DNA from: Macrostomum lignano
Taxonomy: Eukaryota
Direction of reading: 5' to 3'
Length of the DNA stretch: 64,000 bases
NCBI GenBank assembly: GCA_002269645.1
Contig: NIVC01001539.1
Location: 124,001-188,000, forward strand
The position numbers were made by a program, and so were the translations under genes. How positions within the stretch are numbered: the stretch's first letter is position 1; the number at the start of each line of letters is the position of its first letter. Of this stretch, positions 42,016-55,700 are shown piece by piece. The notes beneath the pieces are model-generated. The model ran no database searches. It had not been told where the DNA came from and saw only the letters and a program-made list of their open reading frames with translations.

Positions 42016-45000
42016 ATGGCTCCAGGTCGGAACCTGGCCTCATTGGCATCTTGCCTGCTTCTGCTGGCGCTGCTGGCAGCTCCGGGTGGAACTCAAGCTC
42101 AAGCTGAACCGGCCGCTGAACCGGCATCCAAAGCGTGAGGGATTTTGCAACTTGTGGAGTTTACAGTTTAGTCTGCGGGTTTTTAGAGCCCAAATTGTTC
42201 TATCAGTTAGCGGCGACATCATCTTACACAGCTACTCACTCGCTCACACAGGGTGTAAAGCGGCCCTGACTTCTCATGAGCCATGTACACTCTGTTCCTT
42301 GTTCCTCTGCTTATAAGATGGATGGACGATGAGGAAATGGCCTTTGTCAGAAGCTGAAGAGGTGAAGTAGCCTAGACAGACCTTAAACTATCGGAGATCT
42401 TCATGAGACAATCTCTAAGCGGTATTTTATCCATGTTAGTTCCAGTTGTAGACAGGGGGCTGTCTGCAACCTGGCGCACTTTAAGCGACATTGTCACACA
42501 ATCGGCGAGAGGCATTACTGCCAATTCCGCCGACTCCCCTGAGCAGGCTCACAAGTGCGCGGATACGTACGCAGTCACACGCACAGGCACTCACACAGGA
42601 GCGTACAGCGGCCCTAACTTTATTTATCGTTAGGCATGTACACTTCACTGTGCCTTGGGGGTTGACCCTCAAGAACGTTAGTAGCACGAGCAGAGCCAAG
42701 CCAATATTCCAGTTTAGACCCAAGTTAATGTGACTGCAGTGGGAATCGAGACTGGGCCGCTGGCACACCAGAACGCTGTGCTAGACCACTGGGCTACGGT
42801 CCCCTTTCTATCCATTCGCACAACCGACCCATGTACAGGCGCTACACCGTCGTCTGCTCCCGGATCCTGCAACCTGGTCGCGATTTTCGAGTCGGTGTAG
42901 CCCTGCTGACCAGAGCACCCGGCCGCGGCATCCAGAGAGTGTCAGTCCGCGTCGGCACCGTCTCCAAGGGAAACGATTTCGATGAGTTGTCCGCCCGGTC
43001 AGACTGGGAGAGTGACAGCACCGATAGAGCCGTCACCTCTAAGGACTTGACGATTTCAGTTCCCGGCGTAAGTTTCTGGAGTGTCTAATTATTGTACCAA
43101 ACTTCTAGGAGATTCTTTTTCTTCCTACCTCCTGACTCCAAAACCAACTACAATATAATTATCAGAGGCCGAATAAATTTGACCTGTCCGGCAACTACAA
43201 CCTGTCGGTGACCATTGAAGACACGCAGGGTAACGTCTACAGCAACAGCACAGAAATATCCTTGTCGGAATCGCCGACCGTGAGCCTCATTCAGACAGAC
43301 AAAGCCATCTACAAGCCCGGCCAGTTGGTCAAGTTTCGTATCGTAAATCTGGACGAGACGATAAAGCCGGTGTCAGTTTCCATGGAGGTCCTAATCAAAG
43401 TGAGTAGTTAAACACGCTTATCCAACTACTGAAAGTCACTATAGGAAAATTAGTAAATTAATTAACGTTTCCGACAAAAAGGATGCAAAAGGCAACCTGG
43501 TGGACAAGCAGCTGCACAACCCGGATGATCTGGCGTCCCAGGAGAAGCAGCTGGTCATGACTGGGCAGTTTCGCCTCTCTGACATGCCCAACGAGGGTGA
43601 CTGGTCCATCACCGCCAATAGCGAGCTGTTCACTGAGACAAAGACCTTCACTGTTCGGCAGTACGTGCTGCCAAAGTTCACACTGGAGCTATCAGTGCCA
43701 AGTTTTGTCCACGTGAATGACAGCGAGTTCACAGTGCGGACCAAGGTCCAGTACACCTACGAAAAAGCTGTGGAGGGCGAGATCAGCGTCACCATGGGTC
43801 CGTATATGAATTGCCGCTCCTGCAAGAACAAATACGACATGCTGCAAACTTTTACCTCTGATTCTGCGCCGGATGGCGAGACAAGCTTCACGTTCAACCT
43901 CACCTCCTGGCGTGAGCACCTGCGATCCATTGGCTACACTGACCGGCCTTACAACTATATGGCCAAGGCCAGCGTCCAGTTTAAGGAAAAATTTACCGGT
44001 AAGTGCCAGCGGTGCTTTGATTTGAAAATTTACTAATTTTCCGGTTTGAAAACAACTAAAAAACCAATTCAGGCGAGGTCAAACTGGTTGAGAAGACGTT
44101 TACCATCTACACCAAGAGCTACGAACTGAAGATAGATACGTCTCAGACTGCGTTCTTTCTGCCCGGCTTCTCAGTGCCAGTCCAGGTTAGTGTACGCAGT
44201 GATAGCATCGCTTGTAAATTTTCAGTGAGGTTGCCCAACCAAATCGAACTCCGCCCTACCGCTCCGCAGATGACCTTGATGCGCCCCGACGACAAACCAT
44301 TCACGGCTGCCGCCGCCTCCAACGCCAGCGCTACGATTGTTTACCACCGTCGCGGCAAGAAGCAGACGATGCAGTTCTTCAACGGGCCGCTGAGCCCGTC
44401 GCCGACTGGTACTGGCGCCTCTCTGTTGGTGCGCATTCCAGTCGATGCCGACTTCTATCCCGTCAGGATTGAGGTGAGTCGTAGATAATAAACGATTCGG
44501 GAGTACAATAATCCTAAACAGGTTACATTTTCTCCCAAATTCAGGTGAAAATTGACAGTGACGATTCGTCTAAACTGCACGGCACGTCCACAATCTATCC
44601 CTACATCGGGGTCACAGACGACTACGTGAAGGTCTCAAAGAGAATCCTTCGAGACGACAGCGTTGAGGTACCATTTTTTACGAACAGCTACACATAATTA
44701 GAATTCGGCGTCAAAAAGTCCTTATTGACCTAATTTTCCTCCTCAGGTTGACGTTGAGAAGACATCTGGAATCAGCCTGGTTTATTACGCTGTAAGTTGC
44801 TTCACGAATAAAATCAGCCAAGGGGGTTGAGAAACCCCCACCCATGGCACAGTGTGTATCCGACTCACAATGAGAAAGTCAGGACCGCTGTGCACCCTGT
44901 GTGAGCGTGTGCCTGCGTACGTATCCACTTGCCTACTCACTGGCTGCGGGTTGATTTGATGAGGTGTCCAAAGCCCCTGCAAAGCAACTAATTCATAGTT

Positions 45001-48000
45001 CCAGACAGCCTGAAGTAACAGAGTGAGCAAGTCGACGCGGTTGACGATTGTCTCAATGTAGAAGATCAAGCATGGCTCCTGAAACGTATCAATCCCACAG
45101 GTGCTCAGCCGTGGTCAGATTCAACGGTGGGGCCGTTTCGCAGATGGCGCCGGAGCGAAGGTGCGCTTCGCCAAGGCGGATCTCGACAGTTTCGTGTCTG
45201 ACGTCACTCTGGTCGCGTTCGGGTTCGACCGTAGTGGAGAAATTGTGGCCTCGGTCGTTAAGCACAGCACCGCCCGTCTGGGCGGACAGGTAGGCTTACT
45301 CGAGTATTTCCTAGAAGTGAAAATTTAGTAGTCATGAATTTCTTGACCAAGGCTTGCAACGTAACGGTACTCTATTCTACTCGTAGATCGAGCTGTCGTC
45401 GAACCTAACGGACAATCGGGGCGAGCCGCAGCAGGGCGCCGTCGTGTCGGTTCGGGCCGCGCCGGACTCGTTTGTGTTCCTCACGGGTATCGATGCGTCA
45501 GTGAACCTGCTAGCCACCGGGCAGGACATCCTGCAGAGCACCCTGACTGAGCAGTACAACTCGCGAATCAGCGGCTTGCGTTATTGGCCGAGGCCACAAA
45601 AGCTCACCACGGCAAGGATTCTACAGGTGAATGCCAAGGAGAACTTGCCTGCAGTGATAGAAGTAGAGCATCAAACTTCGAGAAAGAAAATCTTTATGCA
45701 AAAATTCCTTTCTTTCCAGGAGAACGGCTTGATCCTACTGAGCGATGCTTTCTATTATGCTGGTAAGTGGAATGACGAATGGTGCGATGCAGTCTGTTTG
45801 ACTATTGGCTCCTTGACGACATCAACTCACAGCGGAGACAAGGCTGTACTCCATTGGAAAGTTGTCTCAACTAGACAGCTCTCCAATCTAGACACTCGAC
45901 CGATTCTTGATGAAAATTGTGTGCTATTGCTGGTAGTTAACGAGATTTTTCATAACCCCCAGCCGATGCTTATCTTCCAATCGTAGACGACAATTCCATG
46001 GACTACATGTACGGACAGGCGCGCAACCGAAAGCTGATGGGCGCATCAGCCGAAATGGCGCCGGCACCGCCGATGGCAATTCGAGGCCAGGACAGCAGCG
46101 GTAGCGGCAAGACCCAGGTTCGAAAATTCTTCCCGGAGACCATGATATGGACGCTAGTGCAGGCAGAGTAAGTGCTGAATCCTCACTTTCGTATTTCGTA
46201 TTTTCATAAACATACTTATATTTTAATCAGTTTCCTATTTTCTTCGTAGCTCGGAAGGCCTGGCGAGACACTCGTTCGTCCTGCCAGACACGATCACCTC
46301 CTGGGACGTGACCGGCTTCGGCGTTGCAGTGGACCGTCCGTTTCAGACCATGGACTCCGCCTTTAAACTGACCACCTTCAAGAACTTTTTCATCCGCCCA
46401 GTGCTGCCGTACTCGCTGGTTCGCGGGGAGAAGTTTCTGCTGAAGGTGCTCGCCTTTAACTACCGCGCCATTGCTGGCAGCGTTGAAGTCGCCGTGAATG
46501 TCACCCGGCCAGCCTTGCAGCTGCCGTCGCAAACCGTGTCGCTGGAGGCAAACTCAGTTGGATTGGCTGTCTTTGAGCTGACACCGAGCAGCCTACCCAG
46601 CTTGGATGTCACCATTCGTGCTACCTGGACCGGAGAATCCTCTTCGGAAACGGACGTTGTCGTGAAGTCGATCATTGTGATACCTGAGGGCAAGACAGTG
46701 TACCGTTCCCGTTCAGTGCTGCTCACCGCGCCAGCAAACAGTTCCAGTGACAGCGCCCAGCAGGAGATCACAGTGGAGTTTCCTCCAGAAGATTCGCCGG
46801 ATCTGGTCGCCGGCTCTGAAGTGTTCAGTTACAGCGTCATTGGAGACGTCACCGGCCCGGCCATGCAGAACATCGGCGGTCTACTGCGCCTGCCAAGCGG
46901 CTGTGGCGAGCAGAATATGGTGAACTTCGCTCCCGCTGTGTTCATCTGGGAGTATCTCACTGCAACTCGTCAGGACACTGACCCGGATGTAAGCAAGAAA
47001 GCTCTGCAGGTTATGAAGGTCGGCCTGCAGCGCCAACTTACATACAAACGCCTGGATGGCTCCTACAGCGCCTTCGGCCAGCAGGACGAAGCGGGCAGTG
47101 CGTGGCTTACCGCTTTTGTTCTCAGCATCTATTCAAAAGCGGCAGCCTTCATCACGGTGGGATCGGACTCGCTGACAGGCCAGTCTGTGAGTTTCCTCCT
47201 TTCCAGGCAGAGCGTCAACGGACAGTTCTCTGAGCTATCGGCTGCCCGGATTCTGGACCCTGGCCTCCAGGGCAGCTCCGGGTCCGCTTCGCATGGCCTG
47301 ACCGCGTTCATCTGCATGTCCCTCATGGACGTGGAGGAGGCCGCGATCCGTTGGCCGAAGCTACAGTCGACAACCTGGAAAGACACTGACACCCGCGGTG
47401 CCATCACTAAGTGTCTCTGGTTTTTGAAATCCGCTTTCGAGAGCAGCCCGGCGGAGTTCAGCTCGTATGATGCGGCTCTGTCCGCCTACCTACTGAAACG
47501 GGCCCAGGCTTCGACGAGGTACCGACAGGCTTCGTTGGAGCGCGGTCTGCAGGCGCTGACAACAGCGCTGAGCGAAAAAGCCGAGACGGACTCCAACGGT
47601 GGCAAGTATTGGAGCACCTCGAACAGATGGGGCCGGCGTCGCGGCTCCGTGGAAGCCACAGGCTGGGCGCTGATTGGCTGCTCTATGAAGTCTGACGCCA
47701 CTGAAGAGTGCCTGCAGATCCTGCGCTGGCTGAGCGACCAGCAAAACAGCCTGGGTGGCTTCAGCAGCAGCCAGGCAACTGTGGTGGGCATTCGAGCGAT
47801 TGCCGCTTTCGCCACCAGCTCGGGCCTGACAGGCGGAGATGCCAGCGTGGCGCTGAATTGGGGAGACATTAGCTTTCTGAACATCATTGAGGACAGCAAC
47901 CGACGTGTGCTTCAGCAGGTGCGCTAGTTTTCAAAAGGGGATTTCAACTTAGTCAAATGGTCCGACCAGTTATGGATTCCAATCAGTTTGGTCCGAATCC

Positions 48001-49281
48001 TTGCTTTAGGTTCCATTCCGGAGCTTTAAGTTGACATCCCTTTACGTTCATTTAGCGGCCGGCAGCTTCAGTTATGTACCGTGCCATCCTCTATCGGAAT
48101 AACCGATTTATTGATAGTAATTGAAAATTGCACCCAATTTTTCAGTCCGATCTTTTGCGCGGCACCACCGCCCGAGTCGGTCAAGTCCAGGCTCGCCACA
48201 CCGGCGAGGGCGCCGGCTTTGCCCTGGCTAAGCTCAGCTGGCAGTACAACATCCTAGATAGACAGCAGCTGACCGCTTCAGACTGGAAGAGCTCCAATGG
48301 TCTCAGCATCCGCCTGGGCTTGATGCCACCTAAGCTACCGCCAAAGAGTCAGCATAGGCTGGCTGTCTGCGCCAAGGCCAACACCACCGTCTCTGGTGAG
48401 GGCATGCTCATCCTTCGGGTGACGAACCCCAGCGGATACTCAGCCGGCCGACTGCCCGAGCCATCCAGCGTTGCCGGACTGAAGCGTGTAGAAGCCGGGT
48501 CACAGGAGGTCGTCATGTACTTTGACTATGTGAGTTGACTCGCTGCTGTTCGATAAATTCTTCATACGGCTGCTGTAACTCCTTAACCAGAGACAATTAC
48601 TGGTCTGACACCATGATTAATGTTCTAGTCTGACGCCACGATTGATGTTCTGGTCTGACACCCTGATTGAGATTAGGGTACTCGTCTACATGACTGATGC
48701 TCTAGTCTGACACCTTGATTGAGATTAGGTTACCTGTGATATTTGAGCGCACCTGACTGCCCAAAATAAGTTAAGATTCGAACTCACGATATGTCAGGGC
48801 AGCGGTTTCTTCACCTGGTTTCATCAGCTGGTCTTAACAGCTAAGGACATTGCTTGTGGAGACATTTTTAAAGTTCTATATAACAATCAGTGCGCAACCT
48901 TTTAGCGCACGCTCCTTTTCATATACGCATTAGGCCCTGTAACAAATGAAAATGGGTATCTATGCGATTTTTTGCCTGGAAAATCTTTCATAAATCAGAG
49001 CAGGAATTTTAACTCTTAAACAATTCCAGCTTCCTAACGATGGAGCATGTGTATCACTCCAATGGAGCCGCGACGTTCCGGTACTGAAGCTCAGCCCGCA
49101 GCAAATCAGCCTGCAGATGTACTACAACGCCGACCGCATTGTCAGCGCGTCGTACCTATCGCCGGAGCTTCAGGAGTTGACGCGTTGCACGGCCTGTCCG
49201 GAGTGCCCGGATTGCAGCACTTTGAGCCCCGACACCGCCGAGGAGCCCGGCCAGCCGGCTTGGCTCAATTGGCTCGTCTGA
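42016..49281 (+). CDS. Thioester-containing protein (TEP / alpha-2-macroglobulin / CD109 family), 15 exons, about 1513 aa, secreted
   Basis: Exons 42016-42134, 42839-43067, 43166-43399, 43482-43998, 44073-44185, 44270-44473, 44545-44667, 44747-44791, 45101-45289, 45387-45626, 45720-45762, 45987-46167, 46250-47918, 48146-48529, 49030-49281 (4542 nt, phases consistent). Signal peptide; IQTDKAIYKPGQ, YVLPKF, VRKFFPET, PDTITSW, thioester GCGEQNM, DGSYSAFG, C-terminal CxxCxxCxxC. AATAAA at 49484. Confidence 0.93.
42400..42800 (-). mobile_element. tRNA-headed SINE family B copy in TEP intron 1
   Basis: On the minus strand: GTAGCCCAGTGGTCTAG (A box, from 42797) and TCTCGATTCCC (B box), followed by the body shared with the other family B copies. 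The 3' boundary is uncertain. Confidence 0.65.
44810..44990 (+). mobile_element. SINE family B body fragment in TEP intron 8
   Basis: GGACCGCTGTGCACCCTGTGTGAGCGTGTGCCTGCGTACGTATCC matches the 42560-42620 copy. Confidence 0.6.
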
Positions 49282-50363
49282 GCAAACGTGAACTGACAGA
49301 CTCGATCCTCACTAACTAACCGATGTACCAAACATTTTGTCGCGTAGTTTTACTACCAGAATGTCTAGCACTATAACGCGAGTTCGACAATTTCGATGCA
49401 TCATCCAGCTATTGATTGGATTTACCATCTGATGCAGAGCTTAAACACAGTGCCAATATGCTTGCACTAAGAGGCAATCTGCCAATAAATCAAAGTTTTT
49501 ACTGATGTTAATCAACTTTTAATTAACTAATGCTTTTTGAAAATTTGGGATAAAAAATAAACGTGATTAACTATTATTCTGAGACAACAATAAGACTCTT
49601 GAGCACTTGATTGATAGTAAAAACGTGAACTTGAACAGAACAGAAAAGGACAGAAAGACAACTCGTACTTACTAAAAAATTGCACAAGAGAAAAACTTCC
49701 CAGAAAATTTTCGGAAGTTGATTCCTGTTGGCGTTGGTTCGGAAATTTGTCTCAGTGGAGCAGTTAACTTTGCTCCCACCAGAAGCTTCCAATCTCAGCA
49801 ATCTCAGCAACTTCGATTTCCGCTCATATGGGGTAGTGTTGGTTCAAGGAGCTGGCAGCTTCCGACACGAAAGACAGATAAAAGAAGGGACGGATTCAGC
49901 CATATCTTTTCTGTTTCATTCTTTCTCCACTAATTTTTTTAGCCAAACCATAAATTTCCAGTTGAAGCTGAAGCTCCCGGAAGCAGACTGAATCATGAAA
50001 AGGAAGAGCAAAATCTTAGCTGGCTCAAAGAAACTTCTCTTGAGTCTTAGTAAATTTTTGTACAAAAGGTTCTGCCGTCGTTGCGTCGTGGAACAATACT
50101 AACGCATTTCAACGCGTTACTCAGAAGGCCTCACCTGCGGTAACTACGGATTGAGCAACAAGAACAGAAACAGAAATCTTAGACTTCTTAGATGTATCTT
50201 AGATGTATCTTAGACTTAGATGTATCTTAGACTTCTGCTCCGGTTGCTGCTGCTTGCTGCGGTTTCTTTGTCCAATTCCTATTGCACGACTTCGGCGAAA
50301 TTCCACAAAACTGTTGGATTGGATTGCGTGCGACCAGAGTTCACCAACATCGTGTCGGGTCTG

Positions 50364-53300
50364 TGTTGTAAAGTGAGTTTACTCACTGGGTTGTTTTGCT
50401 AGTCGGTGTTTGGGGGTCAAGGGATCCGATGTACATGCTCGCTCTGTTTGTATATGTACATGCGTTCTCGAGTAAATATAAGAATAGCTCCACCCTTTGG
50501 GTGAGGGTTTGAATTTTGTACTAAACCTGACTGGCTTGTCTCTCGCTCACCACATTTTGGCGTCGCGTGGAGAAATCAATTGATTTGAGCCAGCGTGATT
50601 CAGCACAAGCGCAAACTGTAAAATCTGCCACGTCATGAGCAGCACAGAAGGCGCAAATGCAAGTGCAATGGGCGACCCACAGCGAGGGTCCCAACAAGCA
50701 GCAGCCCAACAGTCAAGCAGAGATGCAGCCAACAGAATGAGTGTCAACATTTCGCCACCGCAGCCGTTTCTGCCAGCCGCTGGAGCACCGCTGATTGAAT
50801 GGAACCGATGGAAAGCAATGTTCAGCAATTACCTGCTAGCATCGGGAGCCAGCGATCTGCCGGAGCAAAGAAAACAAGCGTTGCTCATCCACTGTTTGGG
50901 TGCAGAGGGACAAAACATCTACATGTCTCTACAGGCCAGCAGCAATCAGGAGGAAGGAGAGCAACCGCCATCAACAGTTGATGACACGCTGAAGCTCCTA
51001 GACATGCACTTCGGACCCAAAGTCAACGTAGTTGCTGAGAGGCACAGATTCCGACAGAGAGCTCAGCGACCGGGCGAAAAGATCAGCGACTTCGTTGCCG
51101 CGCTGCGAAACCTGGCTTCGAACTGCGACTTCAAGACCTTCCAGGAGGAGATGCTGCGTGACCAGCTCGTCGAGAAAGTGCTCAGCAACCACATCAGGGA
51201 GCGACTGCTTATGGAGCCGGAGCTGACCTTGGCGACAGCTGTGCAGTTGGCAGAGCGACTGGAAACTGGACTGCTGGAGGCCCAGGCCATCAAGGGAGGC
51301 AGCCACACAGACCCAAACAGCTCGTGTGGAGTCCAGCAGATCAGCAAGGCCAAGAACAGTGGAGCAGTGGCAAGACAGCATGAGGCACTGAAGTCGACAA
51401 CCGACGGCCGGAGCTGCGGCTACTGTGGCTCAGCGGCGCATGTCGGTGGACAGACCTGCCCAGCAAAGGGGCAGAAGTGCAAGTCCTGCGGCAAGCGCGG
51501 GCACTTCGCCAGAGTCTGCAGGAGCGGCAACCGAGTGCGACAGCTTCAGGATGAGTACTCCATCTGCACTGTGTCGACAGCTGCGGCAGCAAGCAAGCAC
51601 TGCGAAGTGCTGCTGAACGGGAGGCCTGTCAAGCTGCTCGTTGACTCCGGTTCGCGAGTCTCCATCATCACCAAGACGACGTACAATAGACTTCTGTCCA
51701 ACGTGCCCCTGCAGGCGTCATCACGGAAGCTGGTCGCTTTCAACGGCAGCAAGATCGGCGTGCTTGGTGATATCCTGACCTCGGTGCAGCTCAAGGACAA
51801 AGTAGTGCCTTACGTCAACCTTAGCGTGGTCAATACCGGATCTGACATCCTGGGGTGCGACCTCATGGATCAGCTGGGACTGTGGATCGTCACTGCAGAC
51901 GGTGAGCGAGTGCAGACAGTCGGCACCAGAGCCCTGCCTGACTGGATCCCAGGCCGGTTCGACCAGTTGACTCAGGGACTCGGACACATCAAAGGATTTC
52001 AGCACAGGCCGCGAGTCAACCCCGCGGTGCAACCGACTGCTCAACCGTTGCGCAGAGTGCCGCTCAGCCTAAGAGATTCGGTTCAAAAGGAGATCGACCA
52101 GCTGCTGCAGCAAGGCATCATCGAGGAGGTCGACGCCTCAGACTGGGTGTCAAACCTAGTCGTGGTGCCAAAGGCGAACGGCTCGATCCGGATCTGCAAC
52201 GACCTGAGAGGCCCAAACAAGAGCATCATACCGGACAGATACCCACTTCCGACCTTTGAGGAGCTCTCCGCCGAGTTTGCCGGGTCACGATGCTTCTCCA
52301 AGTTGGACCTGAATTCGTCTTACCTGCAACTGGAGTTGTCCGAGGACTGCAGAAATCTGACCACGTTCGTGACGGAGCGAGGCCTATATCGATATCGGAG
52401 GGTGTGCTTCGGCCTGAGTAGTGCACCGGCTGCGTTCCAGAAGGTGATGGCTAAGATCCTCAGTGGCATCAAAGGCGCAGTGCACTTTATTGACGACATC
52501 GTAGTGCACGCGGCATCAAGAGAAGAGCACGACAAGCGCCTGTTCAAGGTGCTGCAAGCTCTGATGACGCACAACGTGACTATCAATACGGCCAAGTGCA
52601 CCTGGCGCCAGGACAAGGTCAACTTCCTAGGCTATGAGCTGAGCGCTTCTGGAGTCCGCCCGTTGCAGTCACACGTCGAAGCTATCGAGAAGGTACAGCC
52701 GCCAACGAACACCAAGGAAGTGGCTGCGTTTCTAGGCGTCGTGAAGTACTTCGGCAACTTCATTCCCAGCCTCTCCAGCACGGCGGAGCCCCTCATGAAA
52801 CTGCTGAGGAAGGACGAGTCGTGGAAGTGGACCAGTGAGTGCCAGCAGGCTTTTGAGCAGCTGAAGGCAGGAGTGTGCAAGCCACCTTGCCTCAAGTTTT
52901 TCGACGCAGATCAGCCGATCATCGTCAGCTGCGACAGCTCAGCATCAGCTCTCGGTGCGATGCTCCTCCAGCAAGACTCCGACGGCCAGTGGCGCCCGGT
53001 TGCCTTTGCGAGCCGAACTCTGAGTGCTACGGAGCGCCGCTACTCGGCGAGCGAGAGGGAAGCCCTGGCCTGCATCTTCGCCTGTGAGCGCTGGAACTTC
53101 TTCCTTTACGGCCGACGGTTCGAGCTCCACACCGATCACCAGGCTCTCACCACGCTGCTGTCATCATCTGGGAGCGGACACCGGCCACTCAGACTGCATC
53201 GCTGGGCTGATCGTTTGTTAAACTACTCCTTCACCGTCAAGTACGTCCCGGGTGCCAAGAACATCGTGCCCGACTTTCTGTCGCGCTGCCAGGACACGGC

Positions 53301-54966
53301 CGAGCCGACGGAAGGCGATGAAACGACGGTCTGGAAGTCCAAAGAGTGCTCCTGGCCGAGGCGCTGACCGTGGTCACCGAGGACGAACTGGCGGAGGCAA
53401 CGTCAAAGGACGAGCTCCTGGCACGAGTCGCAGAGTTCACAGTTTCCGGTTGGCCAGACAAGAAAAAGCTCGATGAGCGCCTGCTGCCCTACTGGAGTGT
53501 TAGGAACGAGCTGACTGTTTGGAGCAACGGCAGGTGCTTGGCCATGGGAACTCGTGCCGTCATACCGGAAGAATTGCGCCAGCGAGTGCTCGACTTAGCG
53601 CATCAAGGTCACAAGGGAGTCAGCAGGACCAAGCATCACTGCCGAGACACCGCGTGGTGGCCCAAAATGGACAGCGACATCGAGAGGTTCGTCAGCAGCT
53701 GCTCTGCGTGCATCATCAGTGAGAAGAGCTTCAAGCCGCATCGGACAGTGCTGACCCCGACCAAGTGGCCGAAGGAACCGTGGACAGAGCTGCAGATCGA
53801 CTTGTTCGGAGAGCTGCACGAGGGTGCACCACAGAACTGCCGTTTCATACTCGGTGTACATGACCTGCATTCAAAGTGGCCCGAACTGGTCTGCCTCTCT
53901 TCAGCGACGTCTGCGACTATCATCAAGAGTCTCACGGCGCTGTTTTGTCGCTGGGGCATTCCGCGCGTAATCACCACCGATGGAGGACCCCAGTTCATCT
54001 CCCAGGAGTTCAACGACTTTCTAAAGGCGTACGGCATCAATCATCGTCAGACTCCGTTCTACCACCCTCAAGGAAATTCCGGAGTGGAGCGCCTGAACCG
54101 CGTAGTCAAAGAGGGCTTGAAGAGCCACCTTCAAGACGGCTACTCGTTCCTGGAAGCGGTGCAGTCCATCCTGTGGGCGTACCGATCGACACCGCATGCG
54201 CTGACCGGCGTGACGCCAGCGGAGCTGATGCTCGGCCGCAAGATCACCACGCCGCTGTGGACGCTGCAGCCGAAGCGAGCGACTCGAGAGCACCCACTGG
54301 CCGATCAGATCCAGGAGCGGCAAAGACGGCAGTTCAAGCGGCTCAACAGATCCCGGCAGCCGCCGCGCCAATTCCAGGTCGGCGACCTGGTGCGAGTGCG
54401 ATCTCCGCGGATGCGAGGCAAGCTGCAGAGCCACGTGTCACCACCTCTACGGGTCAGCGACATCATCAGCCCGACGATCGTCAGGTTAGAGGACGGCTCA
54501 AGGTGGCACACCAGCCTCTGTATGCCTCATGCGGAGCCCGAGGGTGCCAGCACGACTTCGGCAACGGCAATGCCGCCACAGCCGCCAGTGGCTGCAGAGC
54601 CGGCAGCGCCAGAAGGCCGACGGACCCGCCGCCGGCGACCGTTGAGGCCGACGCGGAGCTGCGGCGCAGTACGCGACTGCGGGCACCACCGTTGTGGTAC
54701 GGCCAGGTCGTGACGCATTGATTGCCAGCTGTGAAGGGAATTAGTGACTGTTAAGGAGGAGGGTGAATGTTGTAAAGTGAGTTTTACTCACTGGGTTGTT
54801 TTGCTAGTCGGTGTTTGGGGGTCAAGAGATCCGATGTACATGCTCGCTCTGTTTGTATATGTACATGCGTTCTCGAGTAAATATAAGAATAGCTCCACCC
54901 TTTGGGTGAGGGTTTGAATTTTGTTTGTTGGACTAAACCTGACTGGCTTGTCTCTCGCTCACCACA
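50364..54966 (+). mobile_element. Full-length Ty3/Gypsy LTR retrotransposon (Mag/K02A2.6-like)
   Basis: 5' LTR 50364-50554 and 3' LTR 54768-54966, both TG...CA. 5-bp TSD GTCTG at 50359-50363 and 54967-54971. PBS-like TGGCGTCGCG at 50558; polypurine tract AAGGAGGAGGG before the 3' LTR. Domain order gag-PR-RT-RH-IN. Confidence 0.95.
50635..54713 (+). CDS. Gypsy gag-pol polyprotein, about 1359 aa after one 1-bp frameshift near 53321
   Basis: Two CCHC knuckles; protease LVDSGS; RT FSKLDL and FIDD; RNase H CDSS..ERRYS..EALA..TDH; integrase H-H-C-C and DDE (IDLF, TDGG, VER). Confidence 0.9.
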
Positions 54967-55524
54967 GTCTGTGCACTCAACTTTACTGCGGCATTGCGTG
55001 CGGAAGGCCTTCTCAGTGCTGACAGCTGGAGCCTGTCAGTGCAAGCTGTTCCTGTTCGATGCGTGCAGTCACCGTGTGCAGTCTGTGTTTTATTGATCCC
55101 CACTTGCAAGTAAATTTCAAGGCGCTTTACTGAATTTTAAAGAAACTTGAAAGCGTTTTGTTCGTTTCTACCTGATGACATCCAACAGTTTATGAGCGTA
55201 CTGTTCTCAAATCAGTCGCATACAAGTTTATCGAATCATTCACTACCATGCTAAACCTAACTCTGTGTTAAATAAAGCTGAAGTCTGAATGAGTGCTAAG
55301 CTCACCAAATACTTTTGTTGCTGAAAATCTTTTTGGAGCTTTCCTGTACAGGAGAAAAGCACCTGTTCAAGCTTGCTAGTTTCATTGCACAGGATGTAAG
55401 TTTCTAAGGTAACTAAGAGCTGTGTAAAGTTGTTCTCACGACAAAGGCGAGGGATTAAATTCAGAAAAAGGTTTTATTGGAATAAGATGCATTTCTGTTA
55501 GCGCATATCTAAGACCTCAGGAAC

Positions 55525-55700
55525 AGAGCAGCTCAACAGTAAACACATTTGGCTTAAGCCAACCGACCCCTGGTTCGATTCCGTGCGCAAATACTTTTAT
55601 TCGGGACTTGTGTACTTAAATTGGGCCTGCAGGATATCATTCGATTCACACCCCTGAGGCCCAACCCCCAAGACACAAGGAGTGTAACTGCCTGACAATT
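55525..55700 (+). mobile_element. Degenerate tRNA-headed SINE family B copy
   Basis: A-box-like AGCTCAACAGTAA; B box GGTTCGATTCC (55572-55582); body GAGGCCCAACCCCCAAGACACAAGGAGTGTAACTGCCT resembles the minus-strand copy near 42640-42675. Confidence 0.55.

Larger units (their letters stand above)
50220..55095 (+). pseudogene. PAN-C-type lectin paralog 1, interrupted by an LTR element and truncated
   Basis: 5' part 50220-50363 reads MYLRLLLRLLLLAAVS..FHKTVGLDCVRPEF..GL. The sequence resumes at 54972 as CTQLYCGIAC, followed by small deletions, a premature stop, and loss of homology after 55087. Confidence 0.85.

Noticed and set aside
53310-53350. Programmed ribosomal frameshift in the Gypsy element
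   Set aside because: It lies between RNase H and integrase rather than at gag/pol, has no slippery heptamer, and is repaired by one extra A in a run.
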